In this document: positions 30,283-40,611 of the stretch, one piece after another
Layout of the letters: each line of letters begins with the position of its first letter
Numbering within the stretch: position 1 is the first letter of the stretch
IMG/VR virus record: IMGVR_UViG_3300006735_000030
Coordinates: 4,803 to 68,802 of that record
Origin: a virus
Direction: 5' to 3' (one strand)
Length of the DNA: 64,000 bases
The notes under the pieces: model-generated
Database searches by the model: none
What the model saw: the letters and a program-made list of their open reading frames with translations, nothing else
What the model was told of the DNA's origin: nothing
Program-made: the position numbers and the translations under genes

Positions 30283-32780
30283 GCGTTTTCATTCTTTACT
30301 TGTGGTTCACTCCAATCTAATGCACCATAAAACATATTTAGTTTTTTGGTCATAGCTTGTTCATACATCTTATCATAATCAATGTACTCTTTAATAAAAT
30401 CCATTATCTCTTTTGGGTCTTCATATCCCTTATAAGCAACAACGTCTAATTTCAATGGATTATCTTTCAAATACACCCATCTGATTTTAGAGTCGCTAAC
30501 AATTGGTTCATAACTTTTTTTCTTAAAATACTTTAACAAATCATTATAGTATATTGAAGACTTAACATGAACTGGTGTACCAGTCATAATGGCTGTTTTT
30601 GCTCCAACGTTACTGAATCCATCGTCTTTTTTTGGTGTATACTTTTCTATGTTCTTTACACCAACTGGATTTGCTATATCATCTACACTCAATTGTCTTA
30701 TCTTAGATTTAAAGTCTAATATTCTTTCATCAACTTTATCCTTTGGAACATAATTCAATATATCATCAAGTACACTCTTTAGTAAATGTTTCATAGCTGG
30801 TGGGAATGTACTTCGAACTGTATCTAAACCTTTTACGTGAACCTTATTTACTTTTACCCCATTGTCATTGATAATTCTCATCCCATATCGTTTCTTAACA
30901 ACGAAGAAACCAGCTCTTGCTATAATCTCTTGTTTAATCTCAAATCTATGTTTAGAAATATTACAAAACTTTTTAGCAAAGTAATCATAAGACTTGTTCA
31001 TATAACCTTGAACTTCTGTGGCTATCTCTGAAATCTTTTGTGTTTTCATAACATCAGAAAGTTCTTGATTTGGAAATCTCTTTTCAAGAAGTGGTACTGC
31101 AGAATAAAATACTGAATCGGTATCAATATAAATACAATAGTCTTTGTCATCTTCAAGTTCTTTATTATAAAAGTGATTACCAATCTTCTTTGTAAACTTA
31201 ATTAGAGATTGACCAGTCAACGTTGTTGCTTCGGCGTTATCTAAATCATAAAACCTAAATACTGATAGACCTAATACACCATACAATGAATTTAAAACAA
31301 CTTTCTGAATGTATTGTTTCCTATTAAAATATTGATATTTCTCATCATCACCTTCGTCAGCAAACTTTTTAGCTAGTTTTCTAAACTCTACCCTTGTATT
31401 AAACCATTGTTCCAATAGAGCGGGAATCAAACCTTTTTTATCTGTTTTATAAATTATACCATTGGATGAAATAGAGACTTGATTATCATTAAAATAAGTT
31501 TGTAACTCTTCGTGTGTAACCTTACCTTGTTCCTTACCACCCATTTTTACTGTATAAGTTTTTGGTACTTTTTGAACATACTCTTCTGGATTCCAACCAA
31601 CTATTTCACCTATCTTTGTTTCTGGCGATATATTCAATGACATAATAATTGATGGATACATTGAAGTAATATCTAAATCATATATCCATTCGTGTCTACC
31701 TTTTTGTGGGTCTTGTACATAAGCACCAGAGAACTTGTTCTCTTCAAATAAATCTTTTCTACCATCTTTCTTTTTGTTTGGTGCAACAATACCAAGTTTC
31801 TTTAAGTAAACTAATACGGCTCCTTCAAGATATCTCGAAGACCATTCTACTTCTTCGTATGGTACATGACCAACATGAGCAATACCTCGACACACATCTA
31901 TAAAATCTAACTTATCATTTAACATCTTAACAAGTCTAACGTCATGAATGTTATATTCTACGAATTTATTTAAATCATTGTCATACAAATCATTTAGTGT
32001 TCCTTCATACTCAACTTTTTTCTCACCAAGTTCATCTTCTGCTATAGCATCTAATCTGTAAGATGTCTTTTGAGTATATGTAAAATTTTTATATAGTGAC
32101 AAGTAATCTAATTGAGATAGTCCAGCTATTTTATATCTATTTTGGTACTCACTCCAATTAACTCTTCTGATTGGAGAAAGACAATCTGCTATTTCAGAAC
32201 CAAGTACGTTTGTAGCTCTATTGTAAAGATATGGCATATCGAATCTCAAACTATTCCAACCAGTCAATATTGTAGGTCTTAACTGAAGAAATAATGCATA
32301 AAATCTATTTAATAACTCACCTTCTTCTTGAAAAGCTTCTATCTCAATATCATCTTTAGTTTCAAGAGTTAGTCTGTTATCTGGGTCAAGAACAAGACAA
32401 AAATATTTGTCCACTCCACTATCGTAATAAGCTATTGAAGTTATTTTGTTTTCTGCTTTTTGAACGTCTGGAAATCCTTGTGTAACCTCAACCTCGATAT
32501 CAATAATACCAATTCTTATGTCTGAAGATATATCATCTGAATCTGTATACATATCAACAAGTGTTCTTGTCTCTGGATTAACATCAGATTCCCAAAGGTT
32601 TTTAGTCTTCTTATCGAACTTATATACTTTTTTTAGTTTATCTCCATATAGAGATACATAAGTTCCATAATTGTCTTTTACGTAAGCGTATTTTTTATAT
32701 GGTAGGACGAGATAACCTTTTTCGTCATCCCAAATGTGTATCTTGTTTTTGAAGTTATCATAAAATATATTCTGATACAT
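30273..32780 (-). CDS. Family B DNA polymerase with 3'-5' exonuclease
   Basis: DIEVE, GWNSLRFD, DITSMYPS, KVVLNSLYG, YIDTDS, KKRY; likely ATG at 32780 (track start 32789). Confidence 0.97.
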   Translation of the reverse strand: MYQNIFYDNFKNKIHIWDDEKGYLVLPYKKYAYVKDNYGTYVSLYGDKLKKVYKFDKKTKNLWESDVNPETRTLVDMYTDSDDISSDIRIGIIDIEVEVTQGFPDVQKAENKITSIAYYDSGVDKYFCLVLDPDNRLTLETKDDIEIEAFQEEGELLNRFYALFLQLRPTILTGWNSLRFDMPYLYNRATNVLGSEIADCLSPIRRVNWSEYQNRYKIAGLSQLDYLSLYKNFTYTQKTSYRLDAIAEDELGEKKVEYEGTLNDLYDNDLNKFVEYNIHDVRLVKMLNDKLDFIDVCRGIAHVGHVPYEEVEWSSRYLEGAVLVYLKKLGIVAPNKKKDGRKDLFEENKFSGAYVQDPQKGRHEWIYDLDITSMYPSIIMSLNISPETKIGEIVGWNPEEYVQKVPKTYTVKMGGKEQGKVTHEELQTYFNDNQVSISSNGIIYKTDKKGLIPALLEQWFNTRVEFRKLAKKFADEGDDEKYQYFNRKQYIQKVVLNSLYGVLGLSVFRFYDLDNAEATTLTGQSLIKFTKKIGNHFYNKELEDDKDYCIYIDTDSVFYSAVPLLEKRFPNQELSDVMKTQKISEIATEVQGYMNKSYDYFAKKFCNISKHRFEIKQEIIARAGFFVVKKRYGMRIINDNGVKVNKVHVKGLDTVRSTFPPAMKHLLKSVLDDILNYVPKDKVDERILDFKSKIRQLSVDDIANPVGVKNIEKYTPKKDDGFSNVGAKTAIMTGTPVHVKSSIYYNDLLKYFKKKSYEPIVSDSKIRWVYLKDNPLKLDVVAYKGYEDPKEIMDFIKEYIDYDKMYEQAMTKKLNMFYGALDWSEPQVKNENAWF

Positions 32781-34231
32781 TAAAACCAACTATCATCTTT
32801 ATTGATTGTCTTGAACTTTGGGTCTACTTTAGACTCACCAAATGTCAATTCAGAATCATCAACGAGTTTTTGTATCTCATCTCGTTTATCATCTGGAACA
32901 AATAACTTTGTATACTCATAATTTGGGTCATCTTTTATTCCTTTGGATATACACCAAAGTCTTATCTTCTCCCACGTGTTACTCAAATACAAATTAGGAT
33001 GACTATTGTATAATAAATTTTTCTTGAAACCATTACCTTTTAGAATATGGTATAACCACTCAATTCCAGCACTTGGTGTTTTTACAGTACGTTTCTTTTT
33101 ACCATCACAAGCTTCACTCAAATCATTAATTAGATTTTCTTTAAATCTTTCATCGTGTGGTGGTAAATCCCATTGGAAATCTTTTGGTGTATTATCTAAC
33201 AACTCAAGAAAAGACTTTTTATCTGTAAAATATAATGGATAATCTTTACCTAAAACGTGTTCTTGTGTAGGATGTTTGAATGTTAAACTTGGTCTATTAG
33301 CTTTTATAGCATCTTGTACTGATAAATTCCAAGTCATATAATCGTTCACTATACAAATACTAGCATAACAATTATCTATCAAGTATCTATATTGACCACC
33401 ACTTGGTAAGTTTTGAACTTTCATCCAATCTGGTGCAGGTTTACCAGCTTTTGGTTTTTTAGCATCATCATCGGTAATCCAAACTAACCACTCATCTCTA
33501 TCAAGGTCTTTCGTCCACTCTATAAGTTTTTTTATACCAGTAGATTGATTCCATCTGTGATTGAATACCAATATTTTTTTGTCTGGTAATGGAAATGGTT
33601 CTGGGTCAGGTAAGTCACCAACACCAAGTGGAAAGTAATTAATTTTTTCTTTCATGACGTTGTCATCAACACCTTGTGCTGTATGTGGCATCTTATCCCA
33701 ATTGGATTTCATATAGTCCAAACTAACTGGACAATGAAAATAAGATTTTGTAGATAAATCAATAGCTTCTAATTGTCTGAAGAAACCAACTGGATAACCA
33801 CCAGTAGGTCTACTCTTTTCACAATCAACCCAATGGAAAAAATTGTAACTATCTACAGTCATTCCATACCTATCGGTCAGGATTGCGTTGTAAACATTGT
33901 ACAATAATTCTGGTTGGTGATTAAAGATAAAGTCAACATCAAGTCTTTGAAAGTCAACTTTTTTCAATAGAGCTTTACTATCGAAGAAACCACGATTAAA
34001 TAATACACTACCAGCATATGGAAACTTTATCATTGTGACATTATCTCCAAGATGTGGGATTGTATTGTTTGGTGGAACTAAAACATAATGATGACACATA
34101 GGTAACCACTTTATAGTTTTAACCATTACTTTATAATTGGAATCTGCTTGATGCATAAATTTGGTTGAACGCCATCTTACAGGTGACATAACGTGTAAGA
34201 CTCTTCTACCATATAACTTGTGATTTATCAT
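32780..34231 (-). CDS. GT-B fold glycosyltransferase-like protein, paralog B (candidate DNA glycosyltransferase)
   Basis: Same motifs as 24152..25549; stop overlaps PolB start (TAATG). Confidence 0.65.
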   Translation of the reverse strand: MINHKLYGRRVLHVMSPVRWRSTKFMHQADSNYKVMVKTIKWLPMCHHYVLVPPNNTIPHLGDNVTMIKFPYAGSVLFNRGFFDSKALLKKVDFQRLDVDFIFNHQPELLYNVYNAILTDRYGMTVDSYNFFHWVDCEKSRPTGGYPVGFFRQLEAIDLSTKSYFHCPVSLDYMKSNWDKMPHTAQGVDDNVMKEKINYFPLGVGDLPDPEPFPLPDKKILVFNHRWNQSTGIKKLIEWTKDLDRDEWLVWITDDDAKKPKAGKPAPDWMKVQNLPSGGQYRYLIDNCYASICIVNDYMTWNLSVQDAIKANRPSLTFKHPTQEHVLGKDYPLYFTDKKSFLELLDNTPKDFQWDLPPHDERFKENLINDLSEACDGKKKRTVKTPSAGIEWLYHILKGNGFKKNLLYNSHPNLYLSNTWEKIRLWCISKGIKDDPNYEYTKLFVPDDKRDEIQKLVDDSELTFGESKVDPKFKTINKDDSWF

Positions 34232-34295
34232 TTAATAACCTTATTTTATAGAAATAAATAGTCACCCCAAAATCGAAAGGGTCAATATTTTTTTG

Positions 34296-34325
34296 GTAAA
34301 ATGGGGGGATAAAATCCCCCCAAAT
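34296..34325 (-). terminator. Hairpin terminator after TonB-dependent receptor gene
   Basis: TGGGGGGAT-TTT-ATCCCCCCA followed by TTTT on minus strand. Confidence 0.7.
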
Positions 34326-34334
34326 TGAACCATT

Positions 34335-37091
34335 TTAGAAATTAACAGTAAGTCCTAAATTAAAACTTCTTGGTGTTCCAAGAAATACTTCAGCGTTATG
34401 AGCTAAGTGCATCTTATCACCATACCCATTGTACTTACTATTGTCAACGGCATCTTGAACATAAACATCGTCAAGTGCGTTAAATAAATGACCATGTAAA
34501 GTCATATCAAGTCCTGCCATTTTAGGTAACCTATAAGCTACGTGTATGTCCATCTTACCATAAGACGGGGTTTTCCATACTTGTGCTCTGTCAGCATCAC
34601 CTTCAACTTCACGACTATCTGGACTCCAATCAGAATAATGATTGTCGTACCATCTATATAGACCTTGGACACTCAATCCTTCAATTGGTTTGATTGTTAA
34701 ACCACCAACATAAGATGTCTGTGGCATATCACCAACTTTTAGATTGTTTAAAGCGTATTCATACTCAGTAGATGTTTGTCCAATGATTTGATTATCATCA
34801 TTGTATTCCATCTCTGTGTAGTCACCTTTAGCATCTCCATCAAAATACCAATCTCCAATACTAACGGCAACATCCAAGTCAACCATTTCATGTAGAGCGA
34901 CTTTAGACTCAATCTCGAAACCACTATGACTTTGGTTTACACCAGTCAAATAAATGATGTCTGTGTCACCTGAGTCACCTTGACCAGTCGTAACTGACTT
35001 TGTAAGGTTTCTGTCTTTCCATTGAGTGTTATAGTAACTACCTTTGATAGCAACTTTGTCACTTCTATATTCTCCACCAACTTCTGTAGATATGAATTTC
35101 TCATTGTCTGGGTTTGTGGATACATTCCCATCATAATCAATTACATTATCTAAGATTGGTGGTTTCTGTACGTAACCAGCATTAGCAAATGCAGATAATC
35201 TGTCATCAAGATTATATCTAGCTCCACCCTTTGCTTGAAAGGTTGTGATAGCAGGAGCTTCAACAAAATTATCAATCTTGTTTCCATCCTCATCTACATT
35301 AAGAGCGAAATGGTCTTCGTAAGTATATCCAATTGTAGATATACCACCCATACCATATAGATTTATCTTTTCAGTATCATATTTACCTTGTAGAAAAGCT
35401 CCTAACCAATTTACAGTAGTTTCGTTATGATACGCAATAATATCACCTAAACGAACAACTTTACCATCGGCCATATTGTCATCAGCGTAGTCTACATAGT
35501 AGTCTCCACCAAGTAAATCACGAACTTCTCTAGCGTGTTCTATACCAGCAGTTCTCCAATCAATACCAACTTGAACTTCAAGTTCATCTGAAACATCATA
35601 GTTCAATTTAGAAATTAAACCATAAGTATCTTGTCTATTGATTGAGTTTCTAAGGATACCTGTGGAACGATTTTCAACATCAGAGAACGCAGAATCTACA
35701 TTAGCAGAGTTCTGAGCTATCTCAGCATTCCAATCCCAAGTCCAAGGTGAACTTGCATACCAAGGGTTTCCTTCTATCGCGGGTGTCCTACTTACGCTAC
35801 CATAAGTACCAGTTCCTCCACCAGAACCACCACTCCAATATAGTACTGAACTTAACCTCATGTCTTCATTGATATCATAAAAATGATTCAAGTTAACAAG
35901 TGGTTTATGAAAGAAGTTTTCTCTTTCATTTAGGAAGTTAGAACTATACCTATCGGTTGTACGAGCTCCGTACATATACCAATATTGTTGACCTTTATAA
36001 TCTGGGTCAATTGGTGCAACGTTTTGGTTAAGGAATCTACCAGCCTCGTGTTCGAACTTTTCTCCTTCAACATAAGCAGAATCGTTGTATCCATCAATAC
36101 TACCTGCTAACTCTTGTGAATAAGTTGCGATATTCTGTTTATATAGATTCTGACCATGACGCTGTGGAGCACCAACAGCATACAACTCAAGTCTATGGTC
36201 ATCGTTCATCTGATAACTTGTTCCAAGATAGTAAGCCCAAGCGTCTGTCCATGTTCCATCTATAAAACCATCACCAGTTTTACGAACAATCGTTCCACTT
36301 ATTGCTAACTTATCATTTAACATAAGTCCTGAGTTATAATTCAAAGTAGATTTAAGGAATCCACCTTCACCTACTTCTTGTTTTACTTTACCACCCTTCT
36401 CGTGTTGAGCTGGGTCGGTAATTATGTTCATAGTTCCACCAATAGATGGTGTAGCTAGATTAACAGCTGAAAGACCTCTTTGCATCTGAATTGAGGTTGT
36501 AGCATCACCTACTCCATCCCAATTAGACCAATAGACCCATCCGTTCTCCATATCATTTTGGGGAACACCATTTATCATCACGGCCACGTTTCTTTGGTTA
36601 AATCCACGAACATTGATACGAGCATCACCCGCACCACCACCTTGACCAGTCGCATATACACTTGGTGTAGTATTAAGAATCATTGGAATATCTTGTGAAC
36701 CAAGACGTAATTCCATTTCTTCTTTATCTACAGTAGTGTAAGCAACAGGTGTCGTTTCATCAGCTCTTGAAGCAAGAACCTCAAGTGCTGACATTGCAAC
36801 GACATCAGTTTCTAAAGTGAAACTAACACTCGCTACAATATCCCCAACACTAACAGATTTAGTCTGGGTTATGTAACCAATGTAAGAAGCTGTCACATCA
36901 AAAGTACCAGTGCCAGTCTCAATAGTAAATTTACCTTCACTATCCGAGACCCCGCCTAAGTCTGTACCTTCAATAGTAACATTAGCTCCTACAAGTGGTT
37001 TATCGCCTTTACCAACGAATCCTGTAACGACTTGTCCGAAAACAAATCCGCTCATCATCACCAGTAAAGACATGAGATTACGATAATTCAT
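34335..37091 (-). CDS. TonB-dependent outer-membrane receptor with N-terminal carboxypeptidase-regulatory-like domain
   Basis: Signal peptide; PLVGANV...SYIGY; plug motif INVRGF...INGVP; C-terminal NALD..Y and PRSFNLGLTVNF (terminal Phe). Confidence 0.93.
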   Translation of the reverse strand: MNYRNLMSLLVMMSGFVFGQVVTGFVGKGDKPLVGANVTIEGTDLGGVSDSEGKFTIETGTGTFDVTASYIGYITQTKSVSVGDIVASVSFTLETDVVAMSALEVLASRADETTPVAYTTVDKEEMELRLGSQDIPMILNTTPSVYATGQGGGAGDARINVRGFNQRNVAVMINGVPQNDMENGWVYWSNWDGVGDATTSIQMQRGLSAVNLATPSIGGTMNIITDPAQHEKGGKVKQEVGEGGFLKSTLNYNSGLMLNDKLAISGTIVRKTGDGFIDGTWTDAWAYYLGTSYQMNDDHRLELYAVGAPQRHGQNLYKQNIATYSQELAGSIDGYNDSAYVEGEKFEHEAGRFLNQNVAPIDPDYKGQQYWYMYGARTTDRYSSNFLNERENFFHKPLVNLNHFYDINEDMRLSSVLYWSGGSGGGTGTYGSVSRTPAIEGNPWYASSPWTWDWNAEIAQNSANVDSAFSDVENRSTGILRNSINRQDTYGLISKLNYDVSDELEVQVGIDWRTAGIEHAREVRDLLGGDYYVDYADDNMADGKVVRLGDIIAYHNETTVNWLGAFLQGKYDTEKINLYGMGGISTIGYTYEDHFALNVDEDGNKIDNFVEAPAITTFQAKGGARYNLDDRLSAFANAGYVQKPPILDNVIDYDGNVSTNPDNEKFISTEVGGEYRSDKVAIKGSYYNTQWKDRNLTKSVTTGQGDSGDTDIIYLTGVNQSHSGFEIESKVALHEMVDLDVAVSIGDWYFDGDAKGDYTEMEYNDDNQIIGQTSTEYEYALNNLKVGDMPQTSYVGGLTIKPIEGLSVQGLYRWYDNHYSDWSPDSREVEGDADRAQVWKTPSYGKMDIHVAYRLPKMAGLDMTLHGHLFNALDDVYVQDAVDNSKYNGYGDKMHLAHNAEVFLGTPRSFNLGLTVNF

Positions 37092-37123
37092 AATCTTTCT
37101 CCTTGCTTATTATTCATATGAAT

Positions 37124-37157
37124 GACGCATTTTTCTACAGGTGCGTCGTCTGCCTGT
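37124..37157 (-). promoter_or_regulatory. H-type pseudoknot in leader of the TBDR gene
   Basis: ACAGG-CAGAC-GACGCA-CCUGU-AGAAAAA-UGCGUC: two perfectly interleaved stems. Confidence 0.6.
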
Positions 37158-37180
37158 CCGCTTTTTTTGTATGTGAAGTC

Positions 37181-39187
37181 TTAATTAGCATAGTCTTGGT
37201 CGTCATTATCACCAGTCATGGGTACTACTTCACAAACGTCATTGTTACAAAATTTATCTACATCAGCTTCTTCGTGTTTGATTGTACCAAAAGAAAGTTT
37301 ACCAAGTTTCTTAACTTGTTTATTGTATTCTTTTTCATCAATAGACTCATACGGCATTTGTGGATATGCTCCGTAATCATGTCTTGGAAGAAGTGAGATT
37401 CCCTTTAAATGATACTGATAATAATTTAAGACTTGTGGTATAACCGAACCCTCTGTTTCTGGGTCGAATGTTACTGTACAACTAACTTGATTGTCTGCCC
37501 AATGTCTTTGAAGAAAAGCGGCTAAACTGAATTGTTCCCAAATCGAAAGTTCAGCCGCTGTCCTAATCCCCTCACCGACATCTACAGGTACTTCAACAAC
37601 CATTGTTGTATCTTCAGAACCAAATGCAGGTTCTACTTTGTATTTTGCTTTTTTCAATGGTTCTAACAATTCTGAATGTTTTGAAACACGTATTCTCCTA
37701 ATGTAAAAACGACTCTCAGGGTAATGTAATCCTGGAGTCGCTCCCGCTAATAGTGAAACTGTACCTGATGGCTTTACTGATGTAGTTTTTACACTACGTG
37801 GTACTGCCATCCAATCTGAATATTGTTTATCCCAAGTCTGAATAACATCATATCCACCATTCAACCAATTCTTTAGTTCGTCTAATCCACGATTTGTAAT
37901 AAATTGTGCGACACCACTAACACTACAACCAATTCTTCTGTTTCTTAACATTACACGATTTGTATCAGACCAATGAGTTTTACCAAGTGTTACAGTTTTC
38001 GCATAAAGATAAGCATATTTTAATGTTCTAGCATAATCTTCAAACGAATCGTGATTATTTGGAAATGTTTCTACTAAACAACATAACTCGTATGATTCCA
38101 ATGATTGTTCCAAACAAGGATTACCACCCATTACTCTGTGGTCTTTGTTGTCTCCACCATTTTTCATACGAGAGTATTTTCTCATATTGTCTAACCAAGC
38201 TAAACCTGGTTCACCATTGTCTACAATTCTTTTTGATACTTCAGTATAATCCATACCCAATTCTGCAAATATACTATTATTGGATGTCCAACCATATTGG
38301 TCTCTATGTGGATTTACTTTATAATTTTTTAAATCTAAATATTCTTCATCATGTGGGTCTCCAAATACAATCTCAGCAGTTCTTCTTACATTACCAGCAA
38401 CAACACACTTACCAATCAAATTCATTATGTCTACGATTGTAGTGATTGTGATTGGTTCTCCACTATTTTTATCAAGAACTTTTCTAATTGCTTCGTGTAC
38501 TTCTTGTAATGGTTCATGTCCACTCGATACACCACCAAAACCCGCTATAGGAGCTCCCGCAGGTCTTATCTTTGTGTAATCAAACTCCATTGGTGCTTGT
38601 CCATGAAAGTAACTTTCTAATAGTAGTCTTAAAGATTCTACCCAACCTTCACGAGTATCTGGTATTTCATATACTTGTTCGTCTCTATCTTTTTGAACAC
38701 CTTTAACTACTATCTCTCCAGCACCTTTGGTATCGAATCCTACACCAACACCTAACATACTTGCATCCATAAGGAAACAGAAAGGTTTAGCATAGTCTTC
38801 TTTTAGTGTTTTCGTAGATACGAAAGCACAATTGTTTAGGGCGGCATATAATCCCTTTTTTTCTGTGATAGCTGTTCCCATAGCCCACAGTCCGCGACCA
38901 GGGGGCAAGAATTTCATATTGAAAATTCGCTCATACATATCTTGAGCTGACTTTTGTGCTTGCCACGGATTCCACCCTAATTGATGTGAGTCTATCCAAT
39001 TCATTTGCATTGAATAAGTTCCCTCTACGACTCGTTGTACAGTTTCCCACCATCTTTCGTTTTTACCATCTTCTTTAATTCTTGAATAGGTTCTCATATA
39101 AACTAATTCACCTAATCCATTAAAACCAAAAGGAGCTTTCTTCCTTTTATACTTACTTATAAAATTTTCTGATAACTTAAAATTCAT
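37181..39187 (-). CDS. nrdJ: Adenosylcobalamin-dependent (class II, RTPR-type) ribonucleotide reductase
   Basis: RTYSR, PPGRGLW, LNNC, GNVRRTA, NPCLEQ, VKPSGTVS, C-terminal CNNDVC. Confidence 0.93.
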   Translation of the reverse strand: MNFKLSENFISKYKRKKAPFGFNGLGELVYMRTYSRIKEDGKNERWWETVQRVVEGTYSMQMNWIDSHQLGWNPWQAQKSAQDMYERIFNMKFLPPGRGLWAMGTAITEKKGLYAALNNCAFVSTKTLKEDYAKPFCFLMDASMLGVGVGFDTKGAGEIVVKGVQKDRDEQVYEIPDTREGWVESLRLLLESYFHGQAPMEFDYTKIRPAGAPIAGFGGVSSGHEPLQEVHEAIRKVLDKNSGEPITITTIVDIMNLIGKCVVAGNVRRTAEIVFGDPHDEEYLDLKNYKVNPHRDQYGWTSNNSIFAELGMDYTEVSKRIVDNGEPGLAWLDNMRKYSRMKNGGDNKDHRVMGGNPCLEQSLESYELCCLVETFPNNHDSFEDYARTLKYAYLYAKTVTLGKTHWSDTNRVMLRNRRIGCSVSGVAQFITNRGLDELKNWLNGGYDVIQTWDKQYSDWMAVPRSVKTTSVKPSGTVSLLAGATPGLHYPESRFYIRRIRVSKHSELLEPLKKAKYKVEPAFGSEDTTMVVEVPVDVGEGIRTAAELSIWEQFSLAAFLQRHWADNQVSCTVTFDPETEGSVIPQVLNYYQYHLKGISLLPRHDYGAYPQMPYESIDEKEYNKQVKKLGKLSFGTIKHEEADVDKFCNNDVCEVVPMTGDNDDQDYAN

Positions 39188-39234
39188 ATTATTTTTTCCT
39201 CATAAACTTTCGTGTATACTGATTCCATATATAA

Positions 39235-40611
39235 TTATTCAAACCCTTCCATTTTGCCATCATCAGTTTTAAAATCGTCATATTTATTTTTGGCTAATTT
39301 TCTCAAATACTCATCTGAACTATCCATCTTCTTCTGTTGTGATTTACCACCAACAGAATTTGATTCGTGAATCTCTATCTTACCAATATTAGTATTCATC
39401 ATCATTGGATATGTCATACCATCAACTCCAAATCTATTCTTGATAACGTGACAACGAGCAGTATTAGATATTTTATCTTCTACCTTACGACTTATTGACA
39501 TTACAAAATCAGATGTCATAACCTTAGAATAATCTTCAGATACTTTTGTAGCATCAATTACTTCCTCTTCAAGAGCACTTCTATTAGCTTGTGAAGCTGT
39601 CCATACGGGAATTTCAAACTCACCCGCTAACTCTCTAAGTCTTTCGTAATTATCTCCAATAGAATGTCTCTTTTCTCTGAATGTACCAAGTGGTTTTACA
39701 ATATCAGCATAATCACATACAACTAAATCTGGTTTTATACCTTGAATTAGTAATTGTTGTAAATGTGAATTTAACGTCTGAACTGTAGCCGAACGAGTAG
39801 GATAATATTTTATGTATAAATCACCTTTAAGTGTGTCTATCTTCTTCTGTACGTCATCTTTATAAAACTTGATATTACCAGTAGTCACTCCACTAAACAC
39901 TGTATCGTATCTCAATCCAACATATGTCTGATTTAATTCTAAACTATAATGAACTACAGTTTTACCTCTAGCCATAGCATTAGCTCCAATAACTTGTAAC
40001 ATCCAAGTCTTACCAATACCAGCTGGTGCAACTATAACACCAAGTTCACCTGCACCAAGACCACCATCCATAACTTCGTCTATTATATCCCAACCAGTAG
40101 GTGTGGTATTTCTAACCGACTCTGTTAATCTTTCTTCTAAACTTGTTACGTACTCGTGACCCAAATCTCGTTCAGTACCAACCGACATAGACTTATCTAT
40201 AAGTGCTTTTATACCATCGTAATCTTGATTTTCTAATAGATTAACTGATTCTAATATTGCACCTTTTAAAACTTGATTTTTACAAAAATCTAAACACTTC
40301 TCTTTTACAAAATCTAAATCAGAAGACTCGATATGTTTCCAACACTCTCTTAAAGCATCTACTACAGCAACTTGTAATGTATCCGATTCTATGTCATTGA
40401 TTTTTATTTTTAAAACATCAAGTGTTGGTACATCTTTATGTTTCATAAAGTAATCAACTATCTCATCAGCTAACCAAGCATTAGAATCAGAATCAAATAT
40501 ATCACCATTCAATATATCCGAAGATGTTTGTAAAAACTTAACATCAGATAATAGAGATGATAAAACTTTTACTTGAAATGGTGTACCATATATTGATAAC
40601 TTATCGCTCAT
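39235..40611 (-). CDS. DnaB-like replicative helicase (gp41-like)
   Basis: APAGIGKT, SLEL, DYAD, WTASQANR, KNRFG. Confidence 0.93.
   Translation of the reverse strand: MSDKLSIYGTPFQVKVLSSLLSDVKFLQTSSDILNGDIFDSDSNAWLADEIVDYFMKHKDVPTLDVLKIKINDIESDTLQVAVVDALRECWKHIESSDLDFVKEKCLDFCKNQVLKGAILESVNLLENQDYDGIKALIDKSMSVGTERDLGHEYVTSLEERLTESVRNTTPTGWDIIDEVMDGGLGAGELGVIVAPAGIGKTWMLQVIGANAMARGKTVVHYSLELNQTYVGLRYDTVFSGVTTGNIKFYKDDVQKKIDTLKGDLYIKYYPTRSATVQTLNSHLQQLLIQGIKPDLVVCDYADIVKPLGTFREKRHSIGDNYERLRELAGEFEIPVWTASQANRSALEEEVIDATKVSEDYSKVMTSDFVMSISRKVEDKISNTARCHVIKNRFGVDGMTYPMMMNTNIGKIEIHESNSVGGKSQQKKMDSSDEYLRKLAKNKYDDFKTDDGKMEGFE

Noticed and set aside
34946-35140. Nested minus-strand ORFs 34946..35140 and 49291..49494
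   Set aside because: Alternative frames inside well-supported genes, with no independent evidence
37124-37170. -1 frameshift signal (A-run plus pseudoknot) fusing nrdJ to the TBDR
   Set aside because: The A-run lies after the nrdJ stop codon, and the TBDR has its own RBS and signal peptide
37092-39234. Cobalamin riboswitch near nrdJ or the TBDR
   Set aside because: Spacers are short and lack the B12-box consensus
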